Both the position numbers and the translations under genes were made by a program. A stretch of 63,955 nucleotides of DNA, counting the filler, from Craspedostauros australis (lineage: Eukaryota), in the NCBI GenBank assembly GCA_030167865.1. It is 19 parts of 19 records of this genome, joined end to end, with 100 filler letters (N's around TTAATTAATTAA, not from the genome) between each part and the next. Parts side by side here need not be neighbours in the genome. Positions count along the whole stretch, not along the records: positions 24,541 to 37,818 come from JALAGF010001995.1; positions 37,919 to 39,056 come from JALAGF010001996.1; positions 39,157 to 46,211 come from JALAGF010001997.1; positions 46,312 to 54,527 come from JALAGF010001998.1; 15 more parts are not named here. The stretch is one strand, 5' to 3'. Below, piece by piece: positions 37,477 to 49,267 of this stretch. A model generated the notes under the pieces. That model was given only the letters and a program-made list of their open reading frames with translations, did not search any database and was not told the origin of the DNA. Within the stretch, counting starts at the first letter, position 1. Every line of letters starts with the position of its first letter.

Positions 37477-37818
37477 CCATAATGACGTTTTTCTTGCGTC
37501 CGGACGCATTCTCTACGTAGCTTGCGTCCGGACGCAAATTGAACGCTCAGTTTGCGTCCGGACGCAAATTGGGCCAATTTGCGTGGGGACGCAAATGCAA
37601 GCTCGCCGAAAATACCACTTGTACTACTTAAGTCCCATGTTCCTCCACGATGTCCCGTCTTGCAGAAAAAAAAACCGATTTCGGTCCGAAACCCGAAAGT
37701 GGGTTGTTTTTTTTTCTGACTCCTTCGAGTAACACATTTATTTGGCGATTTCAAAAAAAAAAACCTCGCGATGCAGCACGGCGTCATTGGTCATGTCTCA
37801 GGGGTTCCTTTCCGTGCG
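37477..37818. mobile_element. Terminus of a second piggyBac-like (ATAT/CC) element related to 4579-9834
   Basis: ATAT|CCATAATGACGTTTTT followed by TTGCGTCCGGACGCA(A)-type palindromes at 37494, 37522, 37552 and 37579. Runs into the contig end. Confidence 0.75.
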
Positions 37819-37918
37819 NNNNNNNNNNNNNNNNNNNNNNNNNNNNNNNNNNNNNNNNNNNNTTAATTAATTAANNNNNNNNNNNNNNNNNNNNNNNNNN
37901 NNNNNNNNNNNNNNNNNN

Positions 37919-38343
37919 ATGAAGCGACGAATACAACCATGCCATTCACTTGAGCAATAGACGAAACAGAATTGGATGCGGGTCTTTGGAAGGCCGTCGG
38001 CCGAGATTGGACCAAGAAGCAATAAATTATTGTACCAGAACGTCGTAGACTCTACGTGGTTACCAATGGTTACCAACGAAAAAANNNNNNNNNNNNNNNN
38101 NNNNNNNNNNNNNNNNNNNNNNNNNNNNNNNNNNNNAAAAAGAGGCATCGAGATGAACATGAAGCGGAGACCGTTTGCCTACAATGAACACATCAACAGA
38201 GAGCTCTCACTCTCCTCTTTCTAATTATGCAAAGATTTCGGTCAACGGCCGTCAACTCATCGAATGGTTGCTTGTGCCGTCGGCGATATGCCAATGGTTA
38301 CCAATAATTACCAAAAAACCGGAAATTAGCCACGAGACACTAG
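37919..38343. mobile_element. End of dispersed repeat, copy 2
   Basis: Matches 24541-24975 with a different right flank. Confidence 0.75.
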
Positions 38344-39156
38344 TAACGCTGGTTGTTGCCCTCCAACACGGAAATTGTCACATTTCGTAGCCCAGTCTAG
38401 AGCAAAATTGCAAAAAGTGCTTATGATGCTATATCACAACACCATATCATTTATATTTAAAAATAAGTGTACCATGTGAACAACTCACTTGCCAAGTAGA
38501 GGAATATTGAATTTAAATTTAAATTAACTTTAAATTTAACATCATTTTTGTTGATCGCGTGCGATTGTGTGCGGCACAAAACTCTGGATGGCACCATGCT
38601 GCCATCACTTTGCCATCCAAGATGATGCCCATAACCATCTCGTTTCGTCCGCCTGCACACCTCATTGTCTCCATACACTCCATATGTATCCATCCCTGAC
38701 AAGAATGCTCAGATCGATGCCGCTTCAATGCACCTTTTTGGCCCATTGCTGAAAACCAACATTTTTGACAATGCAGAACAGTCCAGAAGCAGCCGCTTTG
38801 TCCCATCATATCTCCTGTTCACAACCATCTCTGTTCCCCCCATGCAGCACACCTCGATCCCTGATTCGTTGGGGACACGTTGATGCATCCCAAATTGCCT
38901 CAAGATGGATCTCCACATTTTTATCCATCCTGATGCTGACGCCACAGCCAGTTGTTCTTCATGTCGAAAAAATGCGACTGCCACATTTGCTTCATTTCAA
39001 CCTCTTCCACTCAATCAGATTGAGACACACTTCTCCACCCCATTCCTGACTTGATGNNNNNNNNNNNNNNNNNNNNNNNNNNNNNNNNNNNNNNNNNNNN
39101 TTAATTAATTAANNNNNNNNNNNNNNNNNNNNNNNNNNNNNNNNNNNNNNNNNNNN

Positions 39157-39240
39157 TGACCTCGTCGAGTTGTGAAGATATTATTGGGAGGTGCGGCAAT
39201 CATGGGTATCTTAGTAAAAGCGTACCCCCGATTCCTGACA
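39157..39240 (-). mobile_element. Start of a Copia LTR, reverse orientation
   Basis: Reverse complement TGTCAGGAATCGGGGGTACG..CCCATGATTGCCGCACCTCCCAATAAT matches 3710-3780. Confidence 0.85.
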
Positions 39241-40472
39241 GACGTCGATCGCACGTCGTTTGCATTCCCTTTTGGTGTCCATCTCTGCAAGATCAACATG
39301 TCACATACGACACTATAGCTTATAGGAATTTGTCGCAATGCCATACGTTCCTAGTATTCAAAACATGCAAAGTACAACTCTCATGTTAAGTGTGCTTCGG
39401 AATGCTGTAACCAATCAATATCAACCAAATATTCTGAATGGTATGGACAGTATGCCGTTATCCATCGAATCTAATTGTAGTTTATGCACTATATCGCTGT
39501 TTACAATACAACTTGACTCGATAACGTAGCATGGTACAGATTGAGCGCTTGTCACAGCGACAAATCTGCAGTAATTGGATGCTCATTTGGTGCTCATTTG
39601 GTGTCGATGTGTTCTCTGTGACTATCCTGTGCCGTGTCTCCGCACGTCCTGGCTCGTGTCTGGTGCGATTCTGTGCCATGTCTCCAGCCATCCTGCCTCG
39701 TTTCTAACACGATTCTATGTTACGTCCACGAAGATCCTGGTTCGTGTCTGCGGCTATTCTATGTCGTGTCGGTGTCTATTCCGATGCTTGACGTTTAGAG
39801 ACACATGGTGCAGCGCACGCGAGTCAAACATCGCTGCTCCAACGGCTCCCCAGAAACCAGCTCCCCACGCCGTTCGCCATGAAGCACATGGTGAAAAGCC
39901 AACGAGGAAGACAAGTGGCCAGCGAATACGCCGGGCAAGTGTCGCACAGGACAGAAGAACCATGTGCCTCCACAATCGTCGACTCACCGGAGCCGCCCTT
40001 TTGCGTACGTTGATCGTTGAGTCTAGACCAACGGTAGGTATACACTTATATGCCTAGGGATATAGTATAGGATGCTTCTAGTAACATATAAATAGAATAG
40101 ATGTATATATTTATTTAAGTACAGCTAGAGCAAGCCATATTGAACGCGGGGTCGGCCAGGCAAACAGCATGCGTTGAAAACTAAATCGGCAGAGTAGAGG
40201 TCTACACAAAGCATGTTTTGTACAGCGTTTCTCCTGCCGATGTTTCGCATTGACTGTTACCACGCTGCGACCCGTTGATTGATGGCTCCCTCGTCCTCTC
40301 AAGCACGGATGCTGCACATCACAAGCCGCATGTTGATCACGTGCGGCAACCTCTACTCTGCGGAATGCCACGCAGTCAAGATGCAGTCTTATCTCATAAT
40401 CGACTTGGATTCAACATTGACAGACGTGTACCTGTTGCTGATCCCCAATTCAACAGTAAGTGCCACTGCAAC

Positions 40473-42705
40473 ATGCCACGAAAAGATGCTACAGAGAAAC
40501 AGGACAGTCCCGATGGGGTCGCATGGACCGAGTCGCTGTGCCCGCAGATCCGCGAACCCAGGGCACAGATCGAGAGCGGCGCCATCCCCATGGATAAGCC
40601 CGCGAGACTCGTTTGGAGCGAGAACGGCGACTTGGCGTTCTTATCGAAGCGCAACTTTGCTCGGAACCTGCGCAATTTGCGCAATTCTGTGAAAAGAAGT
40701 CGCGCCAAGAAGGAAGCGAAAGCTGGTGCGTCACTGGGTGTTTGTGAACCAGACATATCATTTCTGAACGAACAAATTTGAAACCGTTACTAACCCGTTG
40801 TCCAGTGCGAATGGACACCAAAAACTCTCCGAACGTTTCTGATCTTGTCGCTAATGCTGTACAATACAAACAGCAATTCGACAACACCGTCGCAAAAGTA
40901 TCAACCCAGAAACCCGAAGACGTGAAGCAAACAATGGGCACATTCTCTCGTTTGGCGTACGCCTCCCCACCAACCGGCGAAACCGAAGTTGGGACAACTG
41001 CCCGTCCGTCCGCCCCACCAACCCGGGCGCACGTCGCGGCACCTGTCCCCACCCACCTGCCACCTGTCCTCACCCATCCGCCACCAACCCCCAGACCTGC
41101 ATACGATGCGGCGAGCATGATGACTGTTGCTCCTCCTGAGCCCTCGTCTGTTCCTGTGGCTTCTCCTGCTGCTGTTCGCCCTGCCTCTGCTACCAGCATG
41201 CTCGTGAACAATGCCGTATCTGGGACACCCTTGCAAGAGGGTCCGAGTCGTGCGCAATCCATTTCTGATTGGATGAACAAGAACAGCCTGGTCTTCTTAC
41301 CTGCTGTGCGTCACGTGTACTCTCCTCCAGGGCATGGTGAGGTGCTTGAAATCACTTTCAAGTTGCCAGGTGGGACTTGCTACGGTGACGTCAAAGCGTC
41401 AATCAAGGACCAAGGACGCGTTTTGGAGGTGGGGTTGAAGCAGAACCACGAACTCGGGTCATCTGCGGCTACGGACAAGGAGCTGCTTGACCGCCTGAAT
41501 GAGAAGCTGCCTACACACTTCAACATCTGTTCTTTTCAGGGACAACGCGAGCGGGGCGAGTCGTACGCGCTTGCTGTCCGTAGGATGTGTCGCGGACACC
41601 CCCAACCCTACCGCATTCACAGGGAGATTCTCCCCATCCAAGTGAGTGACTATTTTGAGATGACCCCAGATCATGCGATGCACGGCATGGACTTCCTCAA
41701 TCCGGCTGTCAATCTCAATGACTGCGACAGCGATGTGGAGGCTGATGCGCCTCTCTTGATTGTTTGGTTGGTACTGGTGTACTCCGCGAATCCGGTGGTG
41801 CACAGCGCCACCAACTTGGCACGCTACGGGCGCAAGGCGGAGAATAAAACAACTAAGCATTCCGCGGGCATTACAATGGACGGGGATGATTGCTCCTCGC
41901 TTGGGGAGGACGAAGTCACATTTGTTCCGTCCTCTGCTGTTCGTCCCCCGATTCCACAAGGCCGCCGAGGAACCGGATTTGGAGAATGCTTCGAGGTAAG
42001 CCCCATCAATGCCACACTCGCCTCTTGTGCATGACATGAACTTGCACACTCACACCTGCTTTCTTTTTGTTTCCGATTGGCCAGTCTGCTCCTGCGCCAT
42101 CTCGTGTGTCCGTGAACAGGATGACAGTCGCTCGTCGCGCGCGCCGTTCTGCTTCTTGCAAACGTGCTCCCCGTGCCATGGCATGCCGTTCCAGCCCAGC
42201 CGCTGTTCCTTCTGTCCCCGTCTCGGTCGTGGTGCCGCCTCCTGTCCCCTCCTGCGCCCGTGCACCGCGCATTGCTAAAATGGAGCGTAGAAAGCGTGAG
42301 GCTGTGTTGATTGACCTCCACATGGACAGCGATAGCGACAGTGATAGCGACAGCAATAGCGACAGCAATAGCGACAGCGATAGCGACAGCGATAGCGACA
42401 GCGATAGCGACAGCGATAGCGACAGCGATAGCGACAGCGATAGCGACAGCGATAGCGACAGCGATAGCGACAGCGATAGCGACAGCGATAGCGACAGCGA
42501 TAGCGACAGCGATAGCGACAGCGATAGCGACAGCGATAGCGACAGCGATAGCGACAGCGATAGCGACAGCGATAGCGACAGCGATTTCGAAGTCACACCA
42601 GCACCTGCGAACTTGAAAAAGGCGATGACGACACCACAGAGACCGAGTGAGACTAACCCGACCACCCCTCAACACACGAACAAGAATAACACTATCAGCG
42701 AATAA
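40473..42705 (+). CDS. Hypothetical 3-exon protein with Pro-rich region and C-terminal (Asp-Ser)n tract; join(40473..40737,40806..41995,42085..42705), ~691 aa
   Basis: Two short GT-AG introns (68 and 89 nt; ctaac branch point in the first) join three ORFs in frame. N-terminal W..S..I.SG.IP..VW..F..NLR helical motif. Confidence 0.6.
42325..42585 (+). repeat. 12-bp minisatellite (GACAGCGATAGC)n encoding ~43 Asp-Ser dipeptides
   Basis: About 21 near-perfect units, in frame with ORF 42067-42705. Confidence 0.95.
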
Positions 42706-43437
42706 CTCTAATCACCATGATCACGCTAGGACGATTTGTTGTCTACGGTAGTACCTTCTAGACAATCTACTTTTTTGAAACGGATTACTTGGACTACTAT
42801 TGGAGTCCCATCAGCAAACCGTCCAATATATGGTTTTTACCGCGGTTCCCCTGTTCTCAAGGGACAAACGTCTTATCTCCTTTCCCTGCCGGCCTGTTTG
42901 GATGAGGTCCTGTGCTCCCTTCTCTTTTGTGTCCTTCGCCTACAGCTGCCCCCATCACGCAAAAGTTCATTGGGTACTCTACTCGACGTCTCTACCGCCA
43001 CCACTACCACCCTCCCTGTTCTTTGCGGCGCAGTAGGGCGCGATCTCCGAAGCGTGAAGTAACAGCTCCTCCCCCGTGTTCGTGTTGGGCTCGTTGGCGC
43101 AATGCCTACTCGCGAGCACAAATGGAACACTGCCGTGGCTACTCTTTCTGGCTTCGCACCAGCACCCAGCCGACAAAGCACCATTCGTCACCCCACGAGC
43201 AACTTCAAACTTCTCCGGGTCACAAATCTGTGCGCCAAAGACTCAATGTCCCCTTTGGGCGATTGTGACACTTTGTCCCATGGTACAGAAACTTGGATCA
43301 TCATTTCGCATTCAGTTGATCCCCACACCCTCTTGGGCACAAGACATCCTCGAACCGCCCGGCATCAGAGTATCCGTCCAGCAAACAAACAAATGGGAGC
43401 AAAGCACCGTACTGAAAACTCGAGCAATGCATGTATT

Positions 43438-45040
43438 CTACTTGAATATTGTGATACTATCGACGGACACCAAGAGGACGACTCCATGTTGAATAGTGTA
43501 GCAAAGAATACATAATTGTAAATGATAGAGTTGAATCGAGCCGAGTTCTCTGCTGTGCTCCCGCTGTTGCGGGCACATCGCCTGCCCGCATCCTCCCGCA
43601 AGAGCGCGACCTGGGGTTTTCGTTGGAGGAGGTTTCGCATTCGCGCCGTATGTGCTCCACCCACGAGTACGACCTATCACTGGAGATTGAGAGTCCAAGG
43701 ACCCGTGGATGAAATCGCATAGCCGCAACAGCAGCGATTTGCCCGCGCATCATGCATCAGGTGGCCTTGTAGAGTAAGTATGATACTAACACGCGAAGCC
43801 ATGGACGCCTTCACATCCACGTAACCGTCGACAAGCCTCTTTCCTGCTCACCATGGGAGACATACCAGAGCGCCACACCCTTGGCTGGAAGGGTAGAGCA
43901 GCAACCAGTTTTCGAAGCACTTTGGTACACGATCAATTCGGGTGCAGTTGAGCGACGCTCTTGAAGATCCGTCGTGTTCGATTCCCACGATACCAAACAT
44001 GTCCGATTAATATAACGGACGTTTTATGCCGTGACTTGTTCGCAATATATGACAAGAACCAATGTCCCATTAACGGATATATGGTTTCATAGGACTGTAT
44101 GTCCGTATGAAGTACCTGGGCAGAAATCTGATACCGTGATGAATACTCACATGGTCGTTCGATTTGACCACGTTTGAAAAGCTCGAATGCGCGATCTTCG
44201 TTGTTGTGGATCCTGCTTGGCGAACACTGGTAACGCTGTTGTTGTCGCGAAAACTGCACGCAGTATCACAATTATGCCGACAGTGCATCAAAGAACAGGC
44301 TCCGCGAACGTGAGAAGAGCGTGTCGACCTGCTCCACCGCCATAACTTCGGTCTCGATGGGTCTGTTTCGCAACACTGGGGATGTGAAGGCACCAAACAG
44401 CGAATGTCCCTGTGTCCTGTTGTTGCCCGCCTTGTGCTTTTTGGACCACATGCGCTGCAGAACTGGGAAGAGAGAAGAGCCTCCAGCAAGACGAAGACAA
44501 GCCACGCCCCCACGCCAGTGGTACAGAAGCAGAGCAATGAACGAATTCTCGTCCTCTGGGTATTAGAATATAATACCATACTATTCCATCTTGAGCAGAC
44601 GATCAGCGCCAAGACACGTTTTGAAATTGCAACGGCGATCCTTGTCGCTCATCATCGCTTCCGAGGGATGGCGAAATGCAGTGCTTGCGAAAGTGCTTCG
44701 TCCTGTGACAGCTTTTGGTGGAGTCAAGCGGAGCACTCGTGTGCATGGCAAAGGATCCATTACGATCACGGTTCAACTCCCTGCCTTCGTCGTTCCGTCC
44801 ATCTTTTGGCGGACAGCATCGATTTCATTTTCGCGATCTTTGTTGTTGAAACCTCAACGGCAACGTCCGGACACATTCGGCTTCCAGGCGTTATGGTCGA
44901 CGATGCCGTTGCACTGCGTGTGCAACACATTATCGACATCCATGACCAGAAAGATCAAATGCTTGTGAATCGATCAAAAATTGAGCAAGTCCCGTACGCC
45001 AACACCAACGTCAACCTCCATTCCTTGTCTTTGTACGGAT
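43438..45040 (-). pseudogene. Stop-interrupted long reading frame, unknown product
   Basis: ORFs 44581-44769, 44272-44505, 43933-44259 and 43438-43728 are all in one minus frame, separated by sparse TGA/TAG/TAA. No family recognised. Confidence 0.35.
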
Positions 45041-45302
45041 ATTTACATTGCCACAGTACTAAATAGTACTCGTCATCGCATCCCAACATGATATAATAAC
45101 ACAGGAGGTGGTTGCATACGGAAGAACAAGCAGAGACACACAGGCGAATCCTTTTTCACAACCGCACCGATTAGAGTGATGCCCCCAGCCACTTCCGACA
45201 CTCTCCGGCAAACGAGTCTGCTCTGCTCATAAAATCAATCAAAGCCGATCCTGAACATCGCCAACACCAATAAAACCAACAAACACGACATACACAGCAA
45301 GA

Positions 45303-45824
45303 ATGAAGTACTTCGCCACCATCCTTTCTCTCGTCGCGGCTGCTGCCATCGGCGCCACCGCTCAAGTCGAAGACATCCAAGTCGCCCGCCGTGTCAAGGG
45401 GGGTGAACGCCGCGTCGAGGAGACGAAGGCATTCAAGGCTGGATCAGGCTCAGGAAACGGCATCGCTGGATCCTACTTTGCCGAGTACCAGGTGCTGCTC
45501 GACTTTGGCTTGGCCGATGCTGCCCTGTACCAAACATTCGTGGCAACCGAAAACCCGACGCTTTACAGATGGGCCCAGTGCTTCTCCACCGACGGAGGAA
45601 ACACATTTACCAACACCCACACCGGCTCCGCTGTCTGGATGCGCGGAGGAGAATACCGCGTCAACGCGATCGAGACCGAGTTCGACGATGGCTTTGCTTT
45701 TGCTGTCACCGAGGCTGGCATGGGCCTCCGTTTGACACTGCTCTCATTCTTCAATGGAGCAGCATTCACTACCTTGGCATCGCCAACAACCACCCCACTT
45801 GGAGCCGACGCATGCCCAATGTAG
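45303..45824 (+). CDS. Small secreted protein, 173 aa, unknown function
   Basis: Signal peptide MKYFATILSLVAAAAIGATA; CA-rich leader; strong codon bias; RRV motifs before a beta-rich-looking mature region with two Cys. Confidence 0.8.
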   Translation: MKYFATILSLVAAAAIGATAQVEDIQVARRVKGGERRVEETKAFKAGSGSGNGIAGSYFAEYQVLLDFGLADAALYQTFVATENPTLYRWAQCFSTDGGNTFTNTHTGSAVWMRGGEYRVNAIETEFDDGFAFAVTEAGMGLRLTLLSFFNGAAFTTLASPTTTPLGADACPM

Positions 45825-46436
45825 GCATTGGGATTGTACACATCCCGCCAAACACGCCCACTTGGCTAGGATATAGGCGTACGCCCACTAATCTAGTGCG
45901 CAATACTTGTTTCATACTCGTACCATCAATGATCTCCACCAAATGATAGACTTCTCTTCCAACGCATGTGCCAAGATGGCAAAAGGACGACAAGACGTGA
46001 AGCTTCCCAGCAGTGTATTGGTACGTGTATGGATACACTTACACAGAGTACTTGTACGATGCGCTGACATAGCTGAGCGAGCGCATCTCCTCTGCCTAGT
46101 CTGGGGCAAATGCGTGCCTTGTGCAGGATGTTGGGGAACTGATACCAATGCACTTTTCCTCCGCGAGAAGCACACTCCATCACTCTCGCAGAAAATACAG
46201 AGACACAAACANNNNNNNNNNNNNNNNNNNNNNNNNNNNNNNNNNNNNNNNNNNNTTAATTAATTAANNNNNNNNNNNNNNNNNNNNNNNNNNNNNNNNN
46301 NNNNNNNNNNNGTCCAGAGCAGGGCAGAGCTGAGGAGAGCCACCGTTTCGTGGTTTGCTTGTGTGACCAAATGCACTTGATTAGTTCGATCACTTGCCGG
46401 CCTTGTCTTCTTTGGTCACGAATGACAAAATGTACC

Positions 46437-46671
46437 GATTTATTTAGACGTCATTAGATATATTTAGACGTCATTAGATTTATTTAGACGTCATTAGATA
46501 TATTTAGACGTCATTAGATATATTTAGACGTCATTAGATATATTTAGACGTCATTTTATTTATTTAGACGTCATTCGAAATAAATAGTCGTCATTCGAAA
46601 TAAATAGTCGTCATTTGATTTATTTAGACGTCATTCGAAATAAATAGTCGTCATTCGACTTATTTAGATTT
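46437..46671. repeat. 20-bp AT-rich minisatellite (ATTTAGACGTCATTAGATAT, variant GTCATTCGAAATAAATAGTC)
   Basis: About 11-12 head-to-tail units with no spacers. Confidence 0.9.
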
Positions 46672-48256
46672 AGGCGCTGATTGTCATCGGTATTGACGGG
46701 ACTCGGTCATTTGGGCCAGCGGCATCGATGCCTCGTTGTATTTGTCCGAAGTAGGGCCAACAAGATGTCTCACTAAGTTCTTCGAAAGGAGGTTCGTTCT
46801 TCGCCAATCGCGGAATGTCAATTGAGGCTTTCTTGTGTCAGGTGACAAAATCGTTTTTCGATGTCGAATTAGTCGTACTAGTCGAGTTTCCGTCTCCGCT
46901 GCTTTTTGCCGGGTGTCCCAGGCGAAAACAAGACAAAAATTGATTTCTCTTGGGAGAATCTGACTCGTCCAGAACCACAACAGAGAAGTAAAAACTTGTG
47001 CGCGAAAACAGGAGGGCGCTGTGGTTGTTGTTGCTGGAACAAATGCGTGAGGTTGCCAGGTTGATCAATTGGCGGTTCCGGCATCCTTCTTGTCCGATGG
47101 AAGAGGTGGATGGAGCGAAGACGGGCTGAAAGATCCGGGGATGATGTGAAGCGATGTGAGGATCAAGTGACGAATGAATTTATGGTGGATCAAATGACGA
47201 TGATGATGGATGGATTATCGTTGTGTGTGTCCTTCGGTTCTTCTTTTTCTTCTGTGATGGCGGTTGGTTGGTTGGTTAGTTGGTTGGTTGGCTGGAGAGA
47301 TCAATGGATGGTTGGTTGGAGGCAGGGAGGGAGAGCGCCGTTGGGGAACGAGAGTTATTTCAGTTCGTCTGTTGTGGCTACCTGCTTTCTCGTTCCTACT
47401 GCACTTCGGCGCATTTGCATGCCACGTACTCGTTGGGCCTCTTGCTTCTTCTGTGTTGGGGGCAGCACCTTTCCTCCTCATCCTGAGCTGGTTCATTCTG
47501 TCTTCGTCATGTCCACATGTACCTGTCATAAGCACCGCACAAGGACAAGCTGATGCGATAGGTATGTCCAGGATATGAGTCGAGCACTTTCCTCTTTTCC
47601 ATAAGTGCTCCGTTGATCGGTCCAGTTCATTGGTTCCATTGATTGTCAGGATTGGTTGGACGGTCGGATGGTTGGATGGCTGGCTGTCCACAAATGGGTC
47701 TCCTTCATCGCACCGCCTCACTACTGCGGAGATGTTGCAGCATCGATGGAGGGAGTCGTTCCCAACATCCTCCCTGTTGTGCTTCTCTCCTCCATGCCGT
47801 GTCGATCCATTTGGTGCGCTGTGGCATTCTGCGTATCATCAATTGTGATGCTGTGAGTGCGTGGCAGTATTGAATAAAGTGCTCTACTCTGCTGCACAGT
47901 ATTCTCTGCAGTATTCTCCAGAAGTACTACTGCGAGCGTGAAAACAGAAGGCTGTGTTGGGTGCGAAATGTAGAGTACAGTTTAGTAAAATTGAATATAA
48001 TTGAATAGAGTATAATGTGTGTCTTTGTGTGGGTGGGTGTGAAAGAGACTTGCTGACCATCGTTGGCAGCTGTATCAGTACAGTGTCCCACCTCTTCAGC
48101 GATATGCATGCATGTGTGTATGTAGGGTATTATACCAGTGTGGCACTTGATGTAAGTGCAAAATGGAATATGCGCAATGTGTATGTGTGATTGTGTATGG
48201 TGCATGGGTGTGTAGGTCTGTGCGCAGACGGTCTACCTCTGCCATGCCAATGATGC

Positions 48257-49267
48257 TCAAACGTCAATGGCGACGCCTGGATTGCCGAGGGCGTACAAAT
48301 GAGAGGACCTACTGGCGATGCTCCTTGGGAATTCGCTTTGCTCCCAATGCGAGGAGTGCTGCTGCAGGTAGAACCTAGATCGACGCGAACTTCTGGACTT
48401 GATGTTGCCGAATGGCGTGTTGGGAGCCGATGGCGTGACTGTCAGCTTGGCTTGGTCCATCCTGGAGGAGAGGATGCGCTGGAACAGATCCTTGCGTTCC
48501 TCGAAGGTCCATCGCGGCACGGCGCTTCTTCTGGTCACTCCCGCTGCTGCGAGCGCAGCTTGGGATTGGGCATCGATGGTGGGTTGTGGTTCATCATCAT
48601 GGGTGCGGATGATGTCTTCCTCGAGCAGTGGCATGGGACGCGTGGTTTCTTGGTAGTTCCAACCAAGCTCCAGCGGCAGCCGAGTCCACGGATGACTCCC
48701 CACGACGACGTTGTGTTCGCGGACCTGCACGGTGGCGCTGAATCGCACGTGCCTGGCGCCGTCTTGGCTCTTGGCAAGGCGCTGGCTCTCGGTGAGGCTG
48801 AGACGTCTCTGTTGTTGCTGCTGTTGGAAAGAGTGGCGGTAGCCGAAGGAGTCGATGGTGTTGTTGGTGGCATCCGCCAAGGCCTGTTTGACGATGAGTC
48901 TGGTCAGTGCCCGTCTGCGGTCGAGGTTGTCCTGTTCGAGCTCTGGCTGTGCCGTTGGTGGGAGCTCGGTGCTGCTGCAGGTGCCGCTCTCGGTTTCCGC
49001 ATTGCTGGCGACGCATGGAAGTTCCGGATGGGAGATGAAGGGAAGCACCATCAATGACGATGTGGCCGAGATGCTTCTGGGGAACTCCAGGGTCTGATGG
49101 ATGGGCTGTTTCGTTGTGGCCGAGGCGCATCCTGTGGCAGATGAGAACGATGGCGACGATGACGAAGGCTTCGCGACGTCTGGATGGCAAGCAGATCGAT
49201 CATCATTGGCTTGCACGATGGGATCGGCGTTTCGGTTGGCTGTGTTGCAACAGTTGGTGGATTGCAT
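48257..49267 (-). CDS. Low-complexity protein with RVxF-like motif and GxHP..LGW.Y domain (paralogue A)
   Basis: RHVRFSATVQVREHNVVVGSHPWTRLPLELGWNY..PRWTFEERKDL; motif shared with 52028-53152. Confidence 0.75.
   Translation of the reverse strand: MQSTNCCNTANRNADPIVQANDDRSACHPDVAKPSSSSPSFSSATGCASATTKQPIHQTLEFPRSISATSSLMVLPFISHPELPCVASNAETESGTCSSTELPPTAQPELEQDNLDRRRALTRLIVKQALADATNNTIDSFGYRHSFQQQQQQRRLSLTESQRLAKSQDGARHVRFSATVQVREHNVVVGSHPWTRLPLELGWNYQETTRPMPLLEEDIIRTHDDEPQPTIDAQSQAALAAAGVTRRSAVPRWTFEERKDLFQRILSSRMDQAKLTVTPSAPNTPFGNIKSRSSRRSRFYLQQHSSHWEQSEFPRSIASRSSHLYALGNPGVAIDV

Noticed and set aside
41824..42675. Poly-(AIAV), poly-(SL) and poly-(ATAI) ORFs
   Set aside because: Alternative frames of the 12-bp minisatellite; only the DS frame joins the spliced gene model.
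46437..46671. CRISPR array
   Set aside because: Head-to-tail units with no unique spacers, no cas genes, eukaryotic context.
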